Below are positions 1 to 10,600 of a stretch of DNA of 64,000 nucleotides, piece by piece (positions within the stretch are counted from its first letter, which is position 1; the number at the start of each line of letters is the position of its first letter). The notes below the pieces were generated by a model, which saw only the letters and a list, made by a program, of their open reading frames with translations, ran no database searches and had not been told where the DNA came from. The DNA comes from Bacteroidia bacterium. Its GTDB lineage: Bacteria; Bacteroidota; Bacteroidia; Palsa-965. A program made the position numbers and the translations under genes. Where the stretch lies: NCBI GenBank assembly GCA_039918435.1, contig JBDSHN010000075.1, positions 13,342 through 77,341 of the forward strand, read 5' to 3'.

Positions 1-287
1 TGATTCAAACCATTGACGGAATAGAAGAAATGGAAGTTGGTTATTCCATCATGCCGGAGCATAGAAAAAAAGGCTACGCGCTGGAAGCTGCAAAAAAATG
101 CAAAAATTTCGCATTCGAAAATAATTTAAGAGACTCGCTCATTTCAACTATTCATATTGATAATGTCAACTCAGCGAAAGTGGCAATGGCGAATGGAATG
201 GTGAAAGAGAAGAAAACGATTTATATGGATAATCCTGTGAATATTTTTCGGATTTCAAGAGTGGAATGGATGACAAATGAGCGATAA
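1..287 (+). CDS. GNAT family N-acetyltransferase (5' end lies outside the window)
   Basis: The frame stays open from position 3 upstream of the listed ATG at 30. The C-terminal motif SIMPEHRKKGYALEAA is typical of a GNAT acetyl-CoA binding region. Confidence 0.55.
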   Translation, partial: IQTIDGIEEMEVGYSIMPEHRKKGYALEAAKKCKNFAFENNLRDSLISTIHIDNVNSAKVAMANGMVKEKKTIYMDNPVNIFRISRVEWMTNER

Positions 288-397
288 TATGGTTGCAATA
301 GCACAAAAAGAAAAGCGTCAGCAAGGGGAACAGAATGAAACAATTACAAACTGTAACCAGTTGAAATTACTGGCAGAAACGTATTTTTACATCCACA

Positions 398-1165
398 ATG
401 CCCAATCCAATTCAACTTTCCGTAGTCATCATCACTTTCAACGAAGAGCGTAACATCGCCCGTTGCCTGGATGCTGTGCGCGAAATTGCGGATGATGTTG
501 TTGTGGTTGATTCTTTCTCATCTGATAAAACAGAAAGTATCTGCCGGGAAAAAGGTGCGCGGTTTGTGCAGCATAAATTTGAAGGACATATCGAGCAAAA
601 AAATTACGCCATTACGCAAGCGAAATTTCCTTACTTGCTTTCACTAGATGCGGATGAAGCGCCGGAAGAAAAATTAATCGCTTCAATTAAAAAAGTGAAA
701 GCAGATTGGAAAGCGGATGGTTACGAAATGAACCGCCTTACTAATTATTGCGGAAAATGGATTAAACATTGCGGCTGGTACCCGGATGTGAAATTGCGTT
801 TGTGGGATTCAAGAAAAGGCAAATGGGGCGGAATTAATCCGCATGATAAATATGAAATGAATGCGGAGGCAAAGATCATCCACATTGAAGGCGATATTCT
901 GCATTACAGCTTTTATTCAATCGATCAGCATTATAAGCAGGTGGAATACTTCACCACCATTTCTGCAAAGGCGATGTTTGCGCAGGGAAAAAGATCTTCG
1001 GGAATAAAGCTGATCATAAAACCATTCGCAAAATTCCTGAAAGATTATATTTTCAAACTTGGAATTTTGGATGGCTATTATGGATTTGTCATCTCGCGCA
1101 TTTCTGCTTATGCGACGTACCTGAAATATAAAAAGCTGCTTACGCTTCAGCGAGCGTCTGCTTAA
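398..1165 (+). CDS. Family 2 glycosyltransferase (LPS-core type, WaaE/KdtX-like)
   Basis: The N-terminus LSVVIITFNEERNIARCLDAV...VVVVDSFSSD...SLDADE is a GT2 fold with a DxD-like DADE motif. Length is 255 aa. Confidence 0.7.
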   Translation: MPNPIQLSVVIITFNEERNIARCLDAVREIADDVVVVDSFSSDKTESICREKGARFVQHKFEGHIEQKNYAITQAKFPYLLSLDADEAPEEKLIASIKKVKADWKADGYEMNRLTNYCGKWIKHCGWYPDVKLRLWDSRKGKWGGINPHDKYEMNAEAKIIHIEGDILHYSFYSIDQHYKQVEYFTTISAKAMFAQGKRSSGIKLIIKPFAKFLKDYIFKLGILDGYYGFVISRISAYATYLKYKKLLTLQRASA

Positions 1166-2204
1166 ATACTTCAAGGTATTGTTCGGTTACATTACCGATC
1201 GAATTTCTTCGTGAAGTAATTTCAAACGCTTTTTCTGTCAATGTTTTTTTCAACGCCTCATCCGATAAGATAAGATCAAGATTTACCGCAAGCGCTTTCG
1301 GATCTTTAATGTTGCTCACCAATCCTGCATCACCGATAATTTCTTTCAGTCCGCCCGCACTTGTGGAAACTACCGGCACTTTATACATAAATGCATCGAG
1401 CACGCTGCTTCCCAATCCTTCTTCTTCGGAACTCATCACAAATGCATCGAACACCGCGAAAAAATCTTCTACGCGGTCAACGAATCCCATCAGCATATAA
1501 AAATCTTCAATCCCGTATTCTTTGATCTTCGCTTCGAGCGCTTCTTTTAAAATACCATCGCCGAAATGGAGAAAAATAAAATCCTGCCGTTTTTTTGAAA
1601 GCTCATAAACAGCAGCGGCCATCGTCAGCGGATCTTTATGCTGCACAAGGGCTGAAGTGGTTGCAAGAATTTTCTTAGCGTTATCTCCTTTCAAAGTAAT
1701 ATTCCGTTCGCTGAGAAAAAATTCGGCGCGTTCTTTATTCAGTTTATTGGCAACAACAATCTCCGTGATCAGCGCCACCTTTTTCACACCAATGCGCTCA
1801 AGAATTTCTTTGATCGGTGTTGAGATCGCAATGAGCTTGTCGGTCATGCGGTATTTCATCTTTGTGAAAAAACCTTTCGGAACAAAATCAACGCGGCGTG
1901 TATAAACGACCGGGCGCCCGTGAAAAGGTTTTGCAAGTAGTGCATGGAATTGTGCGTTGGCCGTTTGCACATGAATGATATCGTAAGCAGAACCATTCCG
2001 TGCAAGCCATGCAAATGCTTTTGCTTTGGAAGGAATGCAATGCACAGGAATGTTGAGCGCTTTTGTTTTTTCTTCAAGCGGAAAACCACCGATGCAAAGT
2101 AAATCCACCTTTTGAGCCACGTCACGGAAACCCTTGATGTTGTACCAGGTTTGCCGTTCGCCCCCTCTCCAGGTTTTTTCAGTATTTACTTCAAGTATAT
2201 GCAT
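1140..2204 (-). CDS. Glycosyltransferase family 4 (GT-B, RfaG-like)
   Basis: 354 aa. The C-terminal half (FVMSSEEEGLGSSVLDAFMYKVPVVSTSAGGLKEII) matches the GT4/GT1 EX7E-type nucleotide-sugar binding region. It converges on and overlaps the GT2 gene by 26 bp. Confidence 0.7.
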   Translation of the reverse strand: MHILEVNTEKTWRGGERQTWYNIKGFRDVAQKVDLLCIGGFPLEEKTKALNIPVHCIPSKAKAFAWLARNGSAYDIIHVQTANAQFHALLAKPFHGRPVVYTRRVDFVPKGFFTKMKYRMTDKLIAISTPIKEILERIGVKKVALITEIVVANKLNKERAEFFLSERNITLKGDNAKKILATTSALVQHKDPLTMAAAVYELSKKRQDFIFLHFGDGILKEALEAKIKEYGIEDFYMLMGFVDRVEDFFAVFDAFVMSSEEEGLGSSVLDAFMYKVPVVSTSAGGLKEIIGDAGLVSNIKDPKALAVNLDLILSDEALKKTLTEKAFEITSRRNSIGNVTEQYLEVFKQTLAEA

Positions 2205-2272
2205 GTGGAGTACGAATTATCACATTGTGACCACTATGTGGCGAATCGTTACGAATCTTACTAATGGTTTAC

Positions 2273-3967
2273 TTAAGGATTTGTTTCGCCTGGATTTTTG
2301 GTTTCTTCTGAACGGATGGCACTTTCTCTCGGCATGGCAAATAGAAACAATGCGTTGAAGAAAGCGAAAAAGTTTACGCCCTGGCTCGTTTCCAATGTAT
2401 CGTCATCGAAGAACGACATACAAAGAACAAGGAAAAAGGCGAGGTAGAGATAGCTTCTCCAGCGTTTCATTCTGCGCGGCGCATACCAGAGCGAAAAAAT
2501 AAAATACAACAACGCAGGAATGCCAAGACAAACGGCGATGGAAAGAAATTGGTTGTGCGCATGCATCCATTGATATTCACGTTCGAGCTTCGTGCCGTAA
2601 GAATGATAAACTTTCTCATACGACTTTTGCTGTCCTCCTGTACCCACACCAATCCATGGATGTTGCTTGATTGTTGTCAATGCTGTTTGCGCAAATTCCA
2701 TTCTCATAGTTACTGAATTTCCGCTCGGACTTCCGCCATAAAAATAATTGTGCAATTCCCAGCAGACCTGGTACGCTCTTCGTTCCAGGGGCGAACGTAA
2801 GCTGTCGAATTCATTGGTAGCCCCATTTTCAATTGCGCGGACTTCTTGGTCGCTCAGCTTTTCAATTGCCTCTGCATCTTTTCGGGAATTTGTGGAAGAA
2901 AGATAACGGAGAATCGTAAAGCAAATCTGGTCGCCGTTGACATCTTTTCCGGTGAAAGGAATTTGACTCCGCCGTGTCCATGCTGAATCTAACTCATCCC
3001 AACAATAATACACCATTACCTGGTGACCGTTTTCGATCATTGGGTAATTGAGATCGTGCATATACCGGTTTCCGTATTTGGTGGTATCATTCAAATGCTC
3101 AAGGTCGGCGGGAAGTATAGTGAAATGTTCTTTGTAAAAATGCTTCCCTGACATTGCTGCTATTGAAATACCTGCAATGAAAATAAAGATGATCACAATG
3201 GCTGCAATTTTTTTGCGGTAGATAAAAAACATGCTGACCAGAAGAATAAATCCGCCCAAAAATAAAATGACAAGCCCGGTGAGCGATTGCATATATTGCA
3301 GGAACCAGAGAAACCAGGCGATCAATATCATTGCACCGACACGCAGCATAATTTTCTTTTCCCTTACAATCCAGTGCCCGAGAAAAAATACGCTCAATGC
3401 GCACATCAGCGAAAGACGGATCAACGGAACAAAAACAGATGCATCGCGCAGGTTAGTGATCGGTTTTTTTGTCGGGAGAATTCCTTGTGCAATAAGCATG
3501 GTGGAAATGGTGCTCACAAAAACGGCAAGCACAAAAGTGAGCATCAGGAACTCAAAAAGTTTTTTATTCAGCGGCTGCGTCGTTCCGATAATGAGTGGAA
3601 CAATAAGAAGCGGCAATTTTATTTTCAGATCATTCCACGCAGCATGCTGATCGGGCGACCAGAGAATACCGATAAAGTGAAGCACAACAATCACCATCAG
3701 CACTGGAATGGCCGGACGTGCTTTGAAGAGTCGCCATTTCGGCTTTAGATTTTCTTCGGCGAGGTCATGAAAAAAAGCAGACAGGCTGAATTTTTTCCCT
3801 TTGTAATATTTCCAGACGGGCTCAGTGCGGGAACCTTCGAAAAGCCAGTTGAAGCTAAGCGTAAACAGGGAAGCGCCGATCAGGAATTTTCCTAACGACA
3901 AAGACGCGGCCATGAGAAACAAGCCAAAAATAAATAGCCAGCGATGGTATTTTTCCCCGAAGATCAA
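2273..3967 (-). CDS. O-antigen ligase/polymerase-like (Wzy_C family) polytopic membrane protein
   Basis: 564 aa with more than 10 predicted hydrophobic helices and a central loop typical of the O-antigen ligase family. It neighbours two LPS glycosyltransferases. Confidence 0.45.
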   Translation of the reverse strand: MIFGEKYHRWLFIFGLFLMAASLSLGKFLIGASLFTLSFNWLFEGSRTEPVWKYYKGKKFSLSAFFHDLAEENLKPKWRLFKARPAIPVLMVIVVLHFIGILWSPDQHAAWNDLKIKLPLLIVPLIIGTTQPLNKKLFEFLMLTFVLAVFVSTISTMLIAQGILPTKKPITNLRDASVFVPLIRLSLMCALSVFFLGHWIVREKKIMLRVGAMILIAWFLWFLQYMQSLTGLVILFLGGFILLVSMFFIYRKKIAAIVIIFIFIAGISIAAMSGKHFYKEHFTILPADLEHLNDTTKYGNRYMHDLNYPMIENGHQVMVYYCWDELDSAWTRRSQIPFTGKDVNGDQICFTILRYLSSTNSRKDAEAIEKLSDQEVRAIENGATNEFDSLRSPLERRAYQVCWELHNYFYGGSPSGNSVTMRMEFAQTALTTIKQHPWIGVGTGGQQKSYEKVYHSYGTKLEREYQWMHAHNQFLSIAVCLGIPALLYFIFSLWYAPRRMKRWRSYLYLAFFLVLCMSFFDDDTLETSQGVNFFAFFNALFLFAMPRESAIRSEETKNPGETNP

Positions 3968-4089
3968 ATTTATCTGGTGTGTGTGGTGCGAAAGTAAGGA
4001 ACTTCTGACAGCGATTCCGGCAACGAAGTGGAAAGAGGAAAATTGTGTCGGTTAGCTAAACGAACTCAACTTTTTAAAGCTTTCTTCGC

Positions 4090-5850
4090 TTAATCAGCTT
4101 TGTGCGCCATGTCAGCACGTTGTTTCGGTTTTTCCTTCACAACAATAGTGGTAAGAATACTTTTCCAGCCTTTCGGATCCAATAAAATTTCTGTTGCTTT
4201 TTTCAGATCAGGATCGTCTTTCAGGGATGCCGCAACTCTTCCTGATTCAAAATAATAACGGGAAGCAATTTCAGCTTCGAGCAATACTTTGATCTCCGTT
4301 TTGAATTGCTGGAAATCATCTGTTTTGCCTGACTGCACTTTTCGCAACAGCGCATCATATTCGGTAGAAGCCATTGCGAATGAATTATTTTTCTCCGCAT
4401 GCGTTTTATATTCCACAAGATCTTTTTCTTCACGCGAAGTATACTTGTAATCCTGCGTTTTTGCCCACGCAACAAATTCATCATACTCCGTATCTGTCAG
4501 CCTGAATTTATCCGACTTGTCGATGGACGCATGTTTACGGGCATACATTGTGGCGTAATGAAACAAAATATTTTTCGCGATCAATGAATCGGTGAGCACA
4601 CTGAAACGGCGTTCAGGAACTTCAAGGTCAGGAATTACTCCGAGTCCGTCCCATACCGTGCGGCCGTTTTTGGTTTTGAATGCGGTGATGAGTGAATCAT
4701 TAAAACGCGCAAGGCTTCCGTCAGGATTGCGGTGCGAATAATCGATCGACTGCACGCATCTTCCGCTTGGCGTATAATATTTTGCAACCGTTACTTTAAA
4801 AATAGAGCCGTAAGTCAACGGAAGCGTTTGCTGCACAAGCCCTTTTCCGAAAGAACGCTGACCAACAATAACAGCGCGATCTAAATCCTGAAGTGCACCA
4901 GCAACAATTTCAGAGGCAGATGCCGACCATGCATTGACCATTACCACAAGAGGAATTTGCAGGTCAACTGGAGTTGCTTCGGTTTTATATTCCTTATCCC
5001 ATTCTTTTACGCGGCCTTTCATGACCACGACAAGTTTTCCTTTTTCAACAAAAAGATTGACGATAGCTACGGCCTCGCGCAAAAGTCCGCCCGGGTTTTC
5101 ACGTTCATCCAGCACGATAGAAGTTGCGCCCTGCTGTTTAAGATTGAGCAATGCTTCACGCACTTCATTGGAAGCGCCATCCATAAAACCGGAAAGTTTA
5201 ATGAAGCCTACTTTGTTTTCAAGCAGCGCGTAGTAAGGAACGTTTTTCACTTTCACTTCATCGCGCACGATATTAAATTCCAATGGCTTCGGTTCATCAG
5301 CACGGCCCACTTTTATTTTCACAGAAGTATTCGGAATTCCTTTCATCAGCTTTCCTAATTCTTCGTAGGTTTTTCCTTTCGTAGCAATGCCATTGATCTC
5401 GAGAATAATGTCGCCTGCTTTTAATCCTGCTTTCTGTGCAGCAAAACCTTCGTAAGGCTGAGAAATATAAAAGTCATCGCCAATCTGTCTTACCTGCGCA
5501 CCGATTCCACCGTATTCACCAGAAGTCTGGTAGCGGTAATCTTCAATTTCCTCTGCAGAAATGTAATTCGTGTACGGATCAAGTGAGCCGAGCATGGCAT
5601 CAATTCCCGTTTTCATCAGCTGACCCGGCTTTGGCTCATCCACATAAAGTTTGTTGAGCTGCTGAAAAAGCGTTCCAAAGATTTCCATGTTCTTAGAGAT
5701 CTCGAACAAATGATCGTCGTCTTTATCTGCGAATGCAAATCCTACATAACCGCCAATGATTAATGCAAGCGGGATAGCAATACGACGCATCTTCTTTCTG
5801 AAAAAAGTAAGCGGAGATGTTTTTTCTGAAGCTGGGTTTTTCATTTGCAA
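4090..5850 (-). CDS. ctp: S41 family carboxyl-terminal processing peptidase (Ctp/tail-specific protease)
   Basis: PDZ region (AGLKAGDIILEINGIATKG) followed by the S41 catalytic region (VVMVNAWSASASEIVAGALQD, Ser/Lys dyad context). N-terminal signal/TM. Confidence 0.8.
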   Translation of the reverse strand: MQMKNPASEKTSPLTFFRKKMRRIAIPLALIIGGYVGFAFADKDDDHLFEISKNMEIFGTLFQQLNKLYVDEPKPGQLMKTGIDAMLGSLDPYTNYISAEEIEDYRYQTSGEYGGIGAQVRQIGDDFYISQPYEGFAAQKAGLKAGDIILEINGIATKGKTYEELGKLMKGIPNTSVKIKVGRADEPKPLEFNIVRDEVKVKNVPYYALLENKVGFIKLSGFMDGASNEVREALLNLKQQGATSIVLDERENPGGLLREAVAIVNLFVEKGKLVVVMKGRVKEWDKEYKTEATPVDLQIPLVVMVNAWSASASEIVAGALQDLDRAVIVGQRSFGKGLVQQTLPLTYGSIFKVTVAKYYTPSGRCVQSIDYSHRNPDGSLARFNDSLITAFKTKNGRTVWDGLGVIPDLEVPERRFSVLTDSLIAKNILFHYATMYARKHASIDKSDKFRLTDTEYDEFVAWAKTQDYKYTSREEKDLVEYKTHAEKNNSFAMASTEYDALLRKVQSGKTDDFQQFKTEIKVLLEAEIASRYYFESGRVAASLKDDPDLKKATEILLDPKGWKSILTTIVVKEKPKQRADMAHKAD

Positions 5851-5955
5851 TAATTTTGAAGTTGAATCTTAATTGTCAGGCTTTCTATTTTCATTTGTCA
5901 GCTTTCGATACGCTTCGCTACTCAGTCTGACAAATGAAGTAGAAAAGAAATATGA

Positions 5956-6210
5956 TCAAGGAACGGGATCATGCCCGTGCCCGCCCCATGGATGACAACG
6001 GCCAATTCTTTTTAATGCGAGCCAGCCACCTTTGAAAGGGCCGTGCTTGCGAATAGCGTGAATGCCGTATTCCGAGCAGCTGGGAGTGTAACGACAGCTG
6101 GCAGGAAGGTGAGGAGAGATGGCACGTTGATAAAAACGGATGGAGCCTACGAGGAAAAAAGATCCTGCGCGGCTGAAAATATTATGCTTTTGTTCCGCTT
6201 TTAACTGCAT
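5956..6210 (-). CDS. yidD: Membrane protein insertion efficiency factor YidD
   Basis: 84 aa. [59 protein letters not shown] is the canonical YidD sequence. It overlaps the rnpA 3' end, the usual rnpA-yidD arrangement. Confidence 0.85.
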   Translation of the reverse strand: MQLKAEQKHNIFSRAGSFFLVGSIRFYQRAISPHLPASCRYTPSCSEYGIHAIRKHGPFKGGWLALKRIGRCHPWGGHGHDPVP

Positions 6211-6586
6211 CCGTTGCTTTTATCAAACGTTGTAAAGTTAAAATTATTTTCGCCTCGCTTTCCCTGAGTTCGAGCGGTTCTTTATGGACAAAAATGAGTA
6301 AAGCGCGCACTTTAACATTCTTTGTTTTAAGGTGATCGTAAAAAAAATGTTTGTTGGTGCGATAGCTTTCACGCAGCACTCTTTTAATACGATTTCGTGT
6401 AACTGCTTTTTTAAAGGTACGCTTGGGAACACCAAAAGCAATCTGTGCCGGGAAAGGCATTTCCACATCGGTGAACATCCACTTCACCCGGAAAGGAAAA
6501 ACATAAAATTCCTCCCCGTGACGCATGAGCGCGTCGAAGGTTTTTTTGCCGGAGAGCCGTTCTTCTTTCTGGAAAGTGTTTTTCAT
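6182..6586 (-). CDS. rnpA: Ribonuclease P protein component
   Basis: 134 aa basic protein. The motif [16 protein letters not shown] is the RNR motif of RnpA. It sits upstream of yidD. Confidence 0.75.
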   Translation of the reverse strand: MKNTFQKEERLSGKKTFDALMRHGEEFYVFPFRVKWMFTDVEMPFPAQIAFGVPKRTFKKAVTRNRIKRVLRESYRTNKHFFYDHLKTKNVKVRALLIFVHKEPLELRESEAKIILTLQRLIKATDAVKSGTKA

Positions 6587-6674
6587 GAATGGGAAAAGAT
6601 GAATGGTAACTGGTGATTGGCGATCGGGGAATAGGTTACATGCCGATTACCAATCACTAATCACCTTTCACCAA

Positions 6675-7445
6675 TCACTTCTTATTTACCTGCTTGATAT
6701 ATTCCTCTAACGCCATAGTCATGGAAGGAGTTCCTTGTTTTGGCGCGTGAATATCGAGGCGGAGGCCGGCTTCTTCAACAGCTTTTGCAGTGGACGGACC
6801 AAATGCTGCAATGCGTGTTTTATTCTGCTTGAACTTCGGAAAATTTTTGAGCAGCGAGGTGATGCCTGACGGTGAGAAGAAAACGAGAATATCGTAATAC
6901 ACATCGGCGAGGTCGCTCAGATCGCTGCATACGGTGCGATAGAGTATAGCCTTTGTGTAATTGATCTTGTGTTTGTCGAGAATTTCAGGAATATCTTCTT
7001 TGTGCACATCCGTACACGGATAAAGAAATTTATCTTCTTTGTGCTTGCGGATGATTTCGATAAGATCGGTGAATGTGGCTTTCCCGTGAAAGATCTTGCG
7101 CTTGCGGTATTGCACATATTTCTGAAGGTAATACGCCGTTGATTCGGAGATGCAGAAATATTTTAAAGTGTCGGGCACAGTAACGCGCATCTCGGAACAC
7201 ATGCGGAAGAAGTGATCCACAGCGTTACGGCTTGTCAGGATAACAGCGTTGTATTCATTGATGTTTACACGCTGCTGACGGAAATCCTGCGACGCAACTC
7301 CTTCTACGTGAATGAACTCGCGAAAGTCAATTTTCAGGCTGTACTTTTTCGCAAGATCCGCGTAAGGCGACTTGTCGGACTCAGGTTTAGGCTGAGTGAC
7401 CAGGATGCTTTTGACTTTGAGGTCAGTGTTCTTCGCTGCTGCCAA
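6675..7445 (-). CDS. hemD: Uroporphyrinogen-III synthase-like (HemD family) protein
   Basis: 256 aa. The N-terminus ILVTQPKPE resembles the HemD VLVTRP start, and the two-lobed length is appropriate. A DUF4271 membrane protein downstream is a frequent Bacteroidota partner. Confidence 0.5.
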   Translation of the reverse strand: MAAAKNTDLKVKSILVTQPKPESDKSPYADLAKKYSLKIDFREFIHVEGVASQDFRQQRVNINEYNAVILTSRNAVDHFFRMCSEMRVTVPDTLKYFCISESTAYYLQKYVQYRKRKIFHGKATFTDLIEIIRKHKEDKFLYPCTDVHKEDIPEILDKHKINYTKAILYRTVCSDLSDLADVYYDILVFFSPSGITSLLKNFPKFKQNKTRIAAFGPSTAKAVEEAGLRLDIHAPKQGTPSMTMALEEYIKQVNKK

Positions 7446-7450
7446 GTGCG

Positions 7451-8236
7451 CTAGGGGTTAAACGATTCAAATGTCCCAACGAATACCTTTAAAATCACGA
7501 CAAAAGGAATTATTTCGAGGGTGCAAAGGTACAGAATAATATAGAAAAAGGAAACAGAAGAGTTTGAAATTCCAATGAGGATAATTCTTAATAGCCTGTA
7601 AATCAGTATAAAACACCATGAAACAATTCCTGACCAAATTAAAATTTCTGCCGGAATCTGCCTTGCGTACGCCAAAAGCAGGCAAATCGGGAATAAAACG
7701 AGTCCGATGATTTTATTGAAAAGGAGGATATTATATACATATTCTGATGATGCTTCTTTCACTTCAAAGATGTTTCCGAGCATCCGTGTAGCAATAATTT
7801 TTACAAGATAGACGCAAAGAATAATTACGCTGATCATCCCAAAGCCGTTAAGACCTTCCCGCGCCGCGCCGAAATATCCCATCACCTGCCAGATGAAAAG
7901 TGGAAATACAAGGAGATAATTCACAAGCAATAAAACAGAGATGCGACTCGTGATCGAATATTCTTCGCGGTACATCACGCTTACTGATGATGCGCGAAAA
8001 AAGCCATTGAACAACAAAGCTAATTTCCGGTAATCGAAAACGCGTAGAATAACGATTAGTGTAAAGGAGAAAAAGAGAATTGCAGCACCCCACCAGTTTC
8101 CTTCTGCGGTTGCAAGTGGTAACGGATTAAATGTTTTTGGAAACGGGATGCCGTGAATTTCGGTTCCGGAAGCTTGCAGCAAAAGAGGAGGTTGAAAAAA
8201 TAATTGCATTGCAAGAGATTTGATTTCCGAAAGCAA
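7451..8236 (-). CDS. DUF4271-like polytopic membrane protein
   Basis: 261 aa with about 6 TM helices. Its position after the hemD-like gene matches the conserved Bacteroidota DUF4271 context. No catalytic motif is recognisable. Confidence 0.45.
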   Translation of the reverse strand: MLSEIKSLAMQLFFQPPLLLQASGTEIHGIPFPKTFNPLPLATAEGNWWGAAILFFSFTLIVILRVFDYRKLALLFNGFFRASSVSVMYREEYSITSRISVLLLVNYLLVFPLFIWQVMGYFGAAREGLNGFGMISVIILCVYLVKIIATRMLGNIFEVKEASSEYVYNILLFNKIIGLVLFPICLLLAYARQIPAEILIWSGIVSWCFILIYRLLRIILIGISNSSVSFFYIILYLCTLEIIPFVVILKVFVGTFESFNP

Positions 8237-8284
8237 ATTTAAGCATTAGGAAGCGCAATTACATGCTAAAGAAGGAACTGGAAA

Positions 8285-8318
8285 ATAAAAAATCCATATC
8301 ATTTAAGATATGGATTTT
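8285..8318 (-). terminator. Rho-independent terminator after the YceI gene
   Basis: 12-bp perfect stem (aaaatccatatc / gatatggatttt) with a 6-nt loop, followed on the minus strand by a U-run. Confidence 0.6.
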
Positions 8319-8350
8319 CATTTGATCGGAGCTTTTAAGAAATGAGCTGC

Positions 8351-8941
8351 TTATTTTTTTGATGCATTGATCAATTCGCTGTGAATAGTAACATCGATCT
8401 TCTCTGCAATTTTAGCGCCCACTGCAGTTGGTACTGCGATGTTATGATCTACAAGAGCCACCTGGAATTTAGTGTCAACGGTAACCGTGCTGCCTTTTAC
8501 AATAAGTGTGGCATCAATTGTTCTTGGTTTTGCAACACCGTGAATGGTGAGCGTTCCGGTAATGGTAACTTTTGTTGTACCATCTTTTGTGTAATCAACC
8601 GCCTCATTGATCTTTCCTTTGAAGGTTGCTTTTTGATTCGGATAAGTAACTTTTCCGTTTGCATCTTTCGGACCCGCTTTATCGGTTTCCATGTAATTTT
8701 CATTAAAGTGTTCCTGCATCAGCGAGTTGGCAAATACAAAACCTTTCATCGGAACAGTAACAAGCACATCGCCTGATTTTCCATTCAGAATTACAGTAGC
8801 AACCGTGTCTTTGGCAGTAATATCTTCTAACGGTGTGCTTGAATAGAAAGAGACTGCCGTTCTCGCACCTTTATAAACCTGCGCGTTCATGGAAATGGCT
8901 GTTGCCAAAACCGCAATAAATACAAAAATTGATTTTCTCAT
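8351..8941 (-). CDS. YceI family periplasmic protein
   Basis: Signal peptide MRKSIFVFIAVLATAISMNAQ, then a YceI-like lipid/polyisoprenoid-binding beta-barrel domain. The listed ORF starts 19 codons upstream, but the internal Met at 8941 gives a proper signal peptide. Confidence 0.65.
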   Translation of the reverse strand: MRKSIFVFIAVLATAISMNAQVYKGARTAVSFYSSTPLEDITAKDTVATVILNGKSGDVLVTVPMKGFVFANSLMQEHFNENYMETDKAGPKDANGKVTYPNQKATFKGKINEAVDYTKDGTTKVTITGTLTIHGVAKPRTIDATLIVKGSTVTVDTKFQVALVDHNIAVPTAVGAKIAEKIDVTIHSELINASKK

Positions 8942-9158
8942 AGCAATTAGCTTTTTTGATTGGTCTGTAATCGGTTTGCAATTACCCTGCCATTTCAAAT
9001 TGAATAAGCGGCAGGAGTGTTGGTCTAGTCAAAATTAACAATTATATGTACATACAAATAGTGCTAATTTTATGAAAGATTAGAAAAAAAACGTCAGGAT
9101 GCAAGAAAACTATCTTCCGGGAATAAAATGAATTGAGTTCACGGGAATATGTTTTGGC

Positions 9159-9166
9159 TATTTTTG
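9159..9166 (+). promoter_or_regulatory. Candidate Bacteroidota sigma-A -7 element (TAnnTTTG) for the acyl-CoA dehydrogenase gene
   Basis: TATTTTTG lies 30 nt before the ATG at 9196. Confidence 0.35.
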
Positions 9167-9195
9167 TGCTCCAATAAGAAAATAAGAACTAACCG

Positions 9196-10374
9196 ATGGC
9201 TACAGACAATTTCCAGGCACCTGATTATTATCAAATGGATGATTTGCTTACGGATGAGCATAAGCTTGTGCGTGACACTGCCCGTGCATGGGTGAAAAAA
9301 GAAATTTCTCCGATCATTGAAGATTACGCACAGCAGGCAAAATTTCCAACCCAGATCATCAAAGGTCTTGGAGAAATAGGCGCATTCGGTCCGTACATCC
9401 CGGCAGAATATGGCGGCCACGGACTTGACCAAATTTCTTACGGCTTGATCATGCAGGAACTTGAGCGCGGCGATTCAGGTGTGCGTTCCACCGCATCCGT
9501 TCAAAGTTCGCTTGTCATGTATCCGATCTATACATTCGGAACTGAAGAGCAGAAAAGAAAATACCTTCCAAAATTAGGAACCGGTGAATTGATGGGCTGT
9601 TTCGGTTTGACCGAGCCGGATCACGGTTCAAATCCATCTGGAATGACCACCAATTTCAAAGACAAAGGTGATCATGTGCTTTTGAACGGTGCAAAAATGT
9701 GGATCTCTAATTCGCCTTTTGCTGATATCGCTGTTGTATGGGCGAAAGATGAAGCTGGCGACATTCGCGGATTAATTGTGGAGCGCGGCATGGAGGGATT
9801 TACAACACCTGAAACGCATGGTAAATGGAGCCTGCGGGCAAGCGCAACAGGTGAATTGGTTTTCGATAACGTAAAAGTTCCAAAAGAAAATTTATTTCCA
9901 ACCGTAAAAGGTTTGAAAGGACCATTGAGCTGCCTGAACAGTGCGCGTTATGGAATTGCATGGGGCGCAATTGGCGCGGCAATGGATTGTTATGATACTG
10001 CTTTACGTTATTCGAAAGAAAGAATTCAATTCGGAAAGCCAATTGGCGGATTTCAATTGCAGCAGAAAAAATTAGCCGAGATGATCACGGAAATTACCAA
10101 AGCGCAATTGCTTTGCTGGAGATTAGGTGTGTTGAAAAATGAAAACCGCGCAACACCTGCACAAATTTCTATGGCGAAGCGTAACAGCGTTCACATGGCC
10201 ATCACCATCGCTCGTGAAGCACGCCAGATGCTGGGTGGAATGGGAATCACCGGCGAATACCCAATCATGCGCCACATGATGAATTTAGAATCGGTCATCA
10301 CCTACGAAGGAACACATGATATTCATCTGCTCATTACGGGAATGGATGTTACGGGGATTAATGCTATAGCTTAA
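9196..10374 (+). CDS. gcdH: Acyl-CoA dehydrogenase, glutaryl-CoA dehydrogenase-like
   Basis: 392 aa. It has ACAD N-terminal, middle and C-terminal domains (YGGHGLDQISYGLIMQELERGD; GCFGLTEPDHGSNPSGMTT; catalytic region ...YEGTHDIHLL). The N-terminus resembles GCDH family members. Confidence 0.75.
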   Translation: MATDNFQAPDYYQMDDLLTDEHKLVRDTARAWVKKEISPIIEDYAQQAKFPTQIIKGLGEIGAFGPYIPAEYGGHGLDQISYGLIMQELERGDSGVRSTASVQSSLVMYPIYTFGTEEQKRKYLPKLGTGELMGCFGLTEPDHGSNPSGMTTNFKDKGDHVLLNGAKMWISNSPFADIAVVWAKDEAGDIRGLIVERGMEGFTTPETHGKWSLRASATGELVFDNVKVPKENLFPTVKGLKGPLSCLNSARYGIAWGAIGAAMDCYDTALRYSKERIQFGKPIGGFQLQQKKLAEMITEITKAQLLCWRLGVLKNENRATPAQISMAKRNSVHMAITIAREARQMLGGMGITGEYPIMRHMMNLESVITYEGTHDIHLLITGMDVTGINAIA

Positions 10375-10380
10375 AAAAAA

Positions 10381-10600
10381 GGGACGGAAAAGGGGACAAG
10401 GGACGCGGGACGAAAATAAAAAAGAGAGGAACAAAAGGGACAGGAATAAATTCCATTCATGTTTTGTTCCTCTCTTTTTTGTCGCGTCATCCTTTTTTTT
10501 CGTCCCTCGTCCCCCTTTTTTTCCGTCCCCCCATTTTTCCGTCCCATCGCCCCCACTTTTCCCTCCCTCCTCCCTTTTCCTCCGCGAACAATTTTTAACA
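10381..10600. repeat. Long imperfect palindrome/terminator element built from GGGAC(G) and CGTCCC repeats
   Basis: The left arm has 4 x GGGAC and the right arm has 4 x CGTCCC, each preceded by a T-run. A perfect 19-bp inner stem forms between aaaaaagagaggaacaaaa (10408-10426) and ttttgttcctctctttttt (10462-10480). The element sits immediately after the gcdH stop. Confidence 0.6.

Noticed and set aside
3231-3748. Plus-strand ORFs 3231..3650 and 3287..3748
   Set aside because: They are antisense to the O-antigen-ligase-like membrane protein gene. His/Asn/Lys-rich translations are typical of antisense reads of hydrophobic genes.
4934-5358. Plus-strand ORFs 4934..5233 and 4957..5358 inside the ctp gene
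   Set aside because: They are antisense to a well-supported S41 peptidase gene and have no motifs.
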